A DNA stretch of 64,000 bases from Narcine bancroftii. Its lineage: Eukaryota. A program made the position numbers and the translations under genes. This document shows positions 63,601-64,000 of the stretch, piece after piece. Location: positions 192,820,001-192,884,000 of the forward strand of contig NC_091470.1 in NCBI RefSeq assembly GCF_036971445.1, written 5' to 3'. Position 1 is the stretch's first letter, and each line of letters starts with the position of its first letter. The notes under the pieces were generated by a model that worked only from the letters and a program-made list of their open reading frames with translations, was not told the DNA's origin and ran no database searches.

Positions 63601-64000
63601 TCCCCTCCCCGCTCTTCCCTCCCCTCCCCCGCTCTTCCATCCCTCCCCCGCTCTTCCCTCCCCTCCCCCGCTCTTCCCTCCCCTCCCCGCTCTTCCCTCC
63701 CCTCCCCCGCTCTTCCCTCCCCTCCCCCGCTCTTCCCTCCCCTCCCCCCCCTCTTCCCTCCCCTCCCCCCTTCTTCCCTCCCCTCCCCCCCTCTTCCCTC
63801 CCCTCCCCCCCTCTTCCCTCCCCTCCCCCCCCTCTTCCCTCCCCTCCCCCCCTCTTCCCTCCCCTCCCCCCCTCTTCCCTCCCCTCCCCCCCTCTTCCCT
63901 CCCCTCCCCCCCTCTTCCCTCCCCTCCCCCCCTCTTCCCTCCCCTCCCCCCCTCTTCCCTCCCCTCCCCCCCTCTTCCCTCCCCTCCCCCCCTCTTCCCT
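57655..64000. repeat. >6-kb 20-21-bp polypyrimidine/polypurine satellite
   Basis: (ccgctgttccctctcctccc)n changes to (ccgctcttccctc[t/c]cctcccc)n and runs off the right edge. Confidence 0.97.

Noticed and set aside
57410-63640. 1006-, 1350- and 1968-aa RGG/E-rich ORFs
   Set aside because: The minus strand of the satellite has almost no T, so it cannot contain stop codons. All three frames are open, which marks an artefact.

Overview
This is a repeat-rich vertebrate genomic window. The repeat content suggests a cartilaginous fish (inference). It holds three spliced genes in the order and orientation of human 17p13.2. (1) The 5' ~950 codons of CAMTA2 lie on the minus strand as 10 coding exons from ATG 29988 down to 2445, covering the CG-1 DNA-binding domain, the activation region and the TIG domain; the gene runs off the left edge. 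(2) A complete six-coding-exon INCA1-like gene (minus strand, 40294-33404, ~257 aa) is not recovered as a gene by the ORF track. (3) The promoter and first coding exon of a KIF1-type kinesin-3 (KIF1C by synteny) lie on the plus strand, ATG 54867. Introns are filled with CR1, RTE, L1/Tx1, Rex1, Penelope-like and Gypsy fragments, SINEs, MITEs and large tandem arrays. Most long ORFs in the track are artefacts of these arrays. Notable structures are a 36-bp array of ~22 copies of a CAMTA2 splice donor, a GC-AG intron, an inverted copy of an INCA1 acceptor region inside a Gypsy relic, and a duplicated hairpin-forming intronic element.
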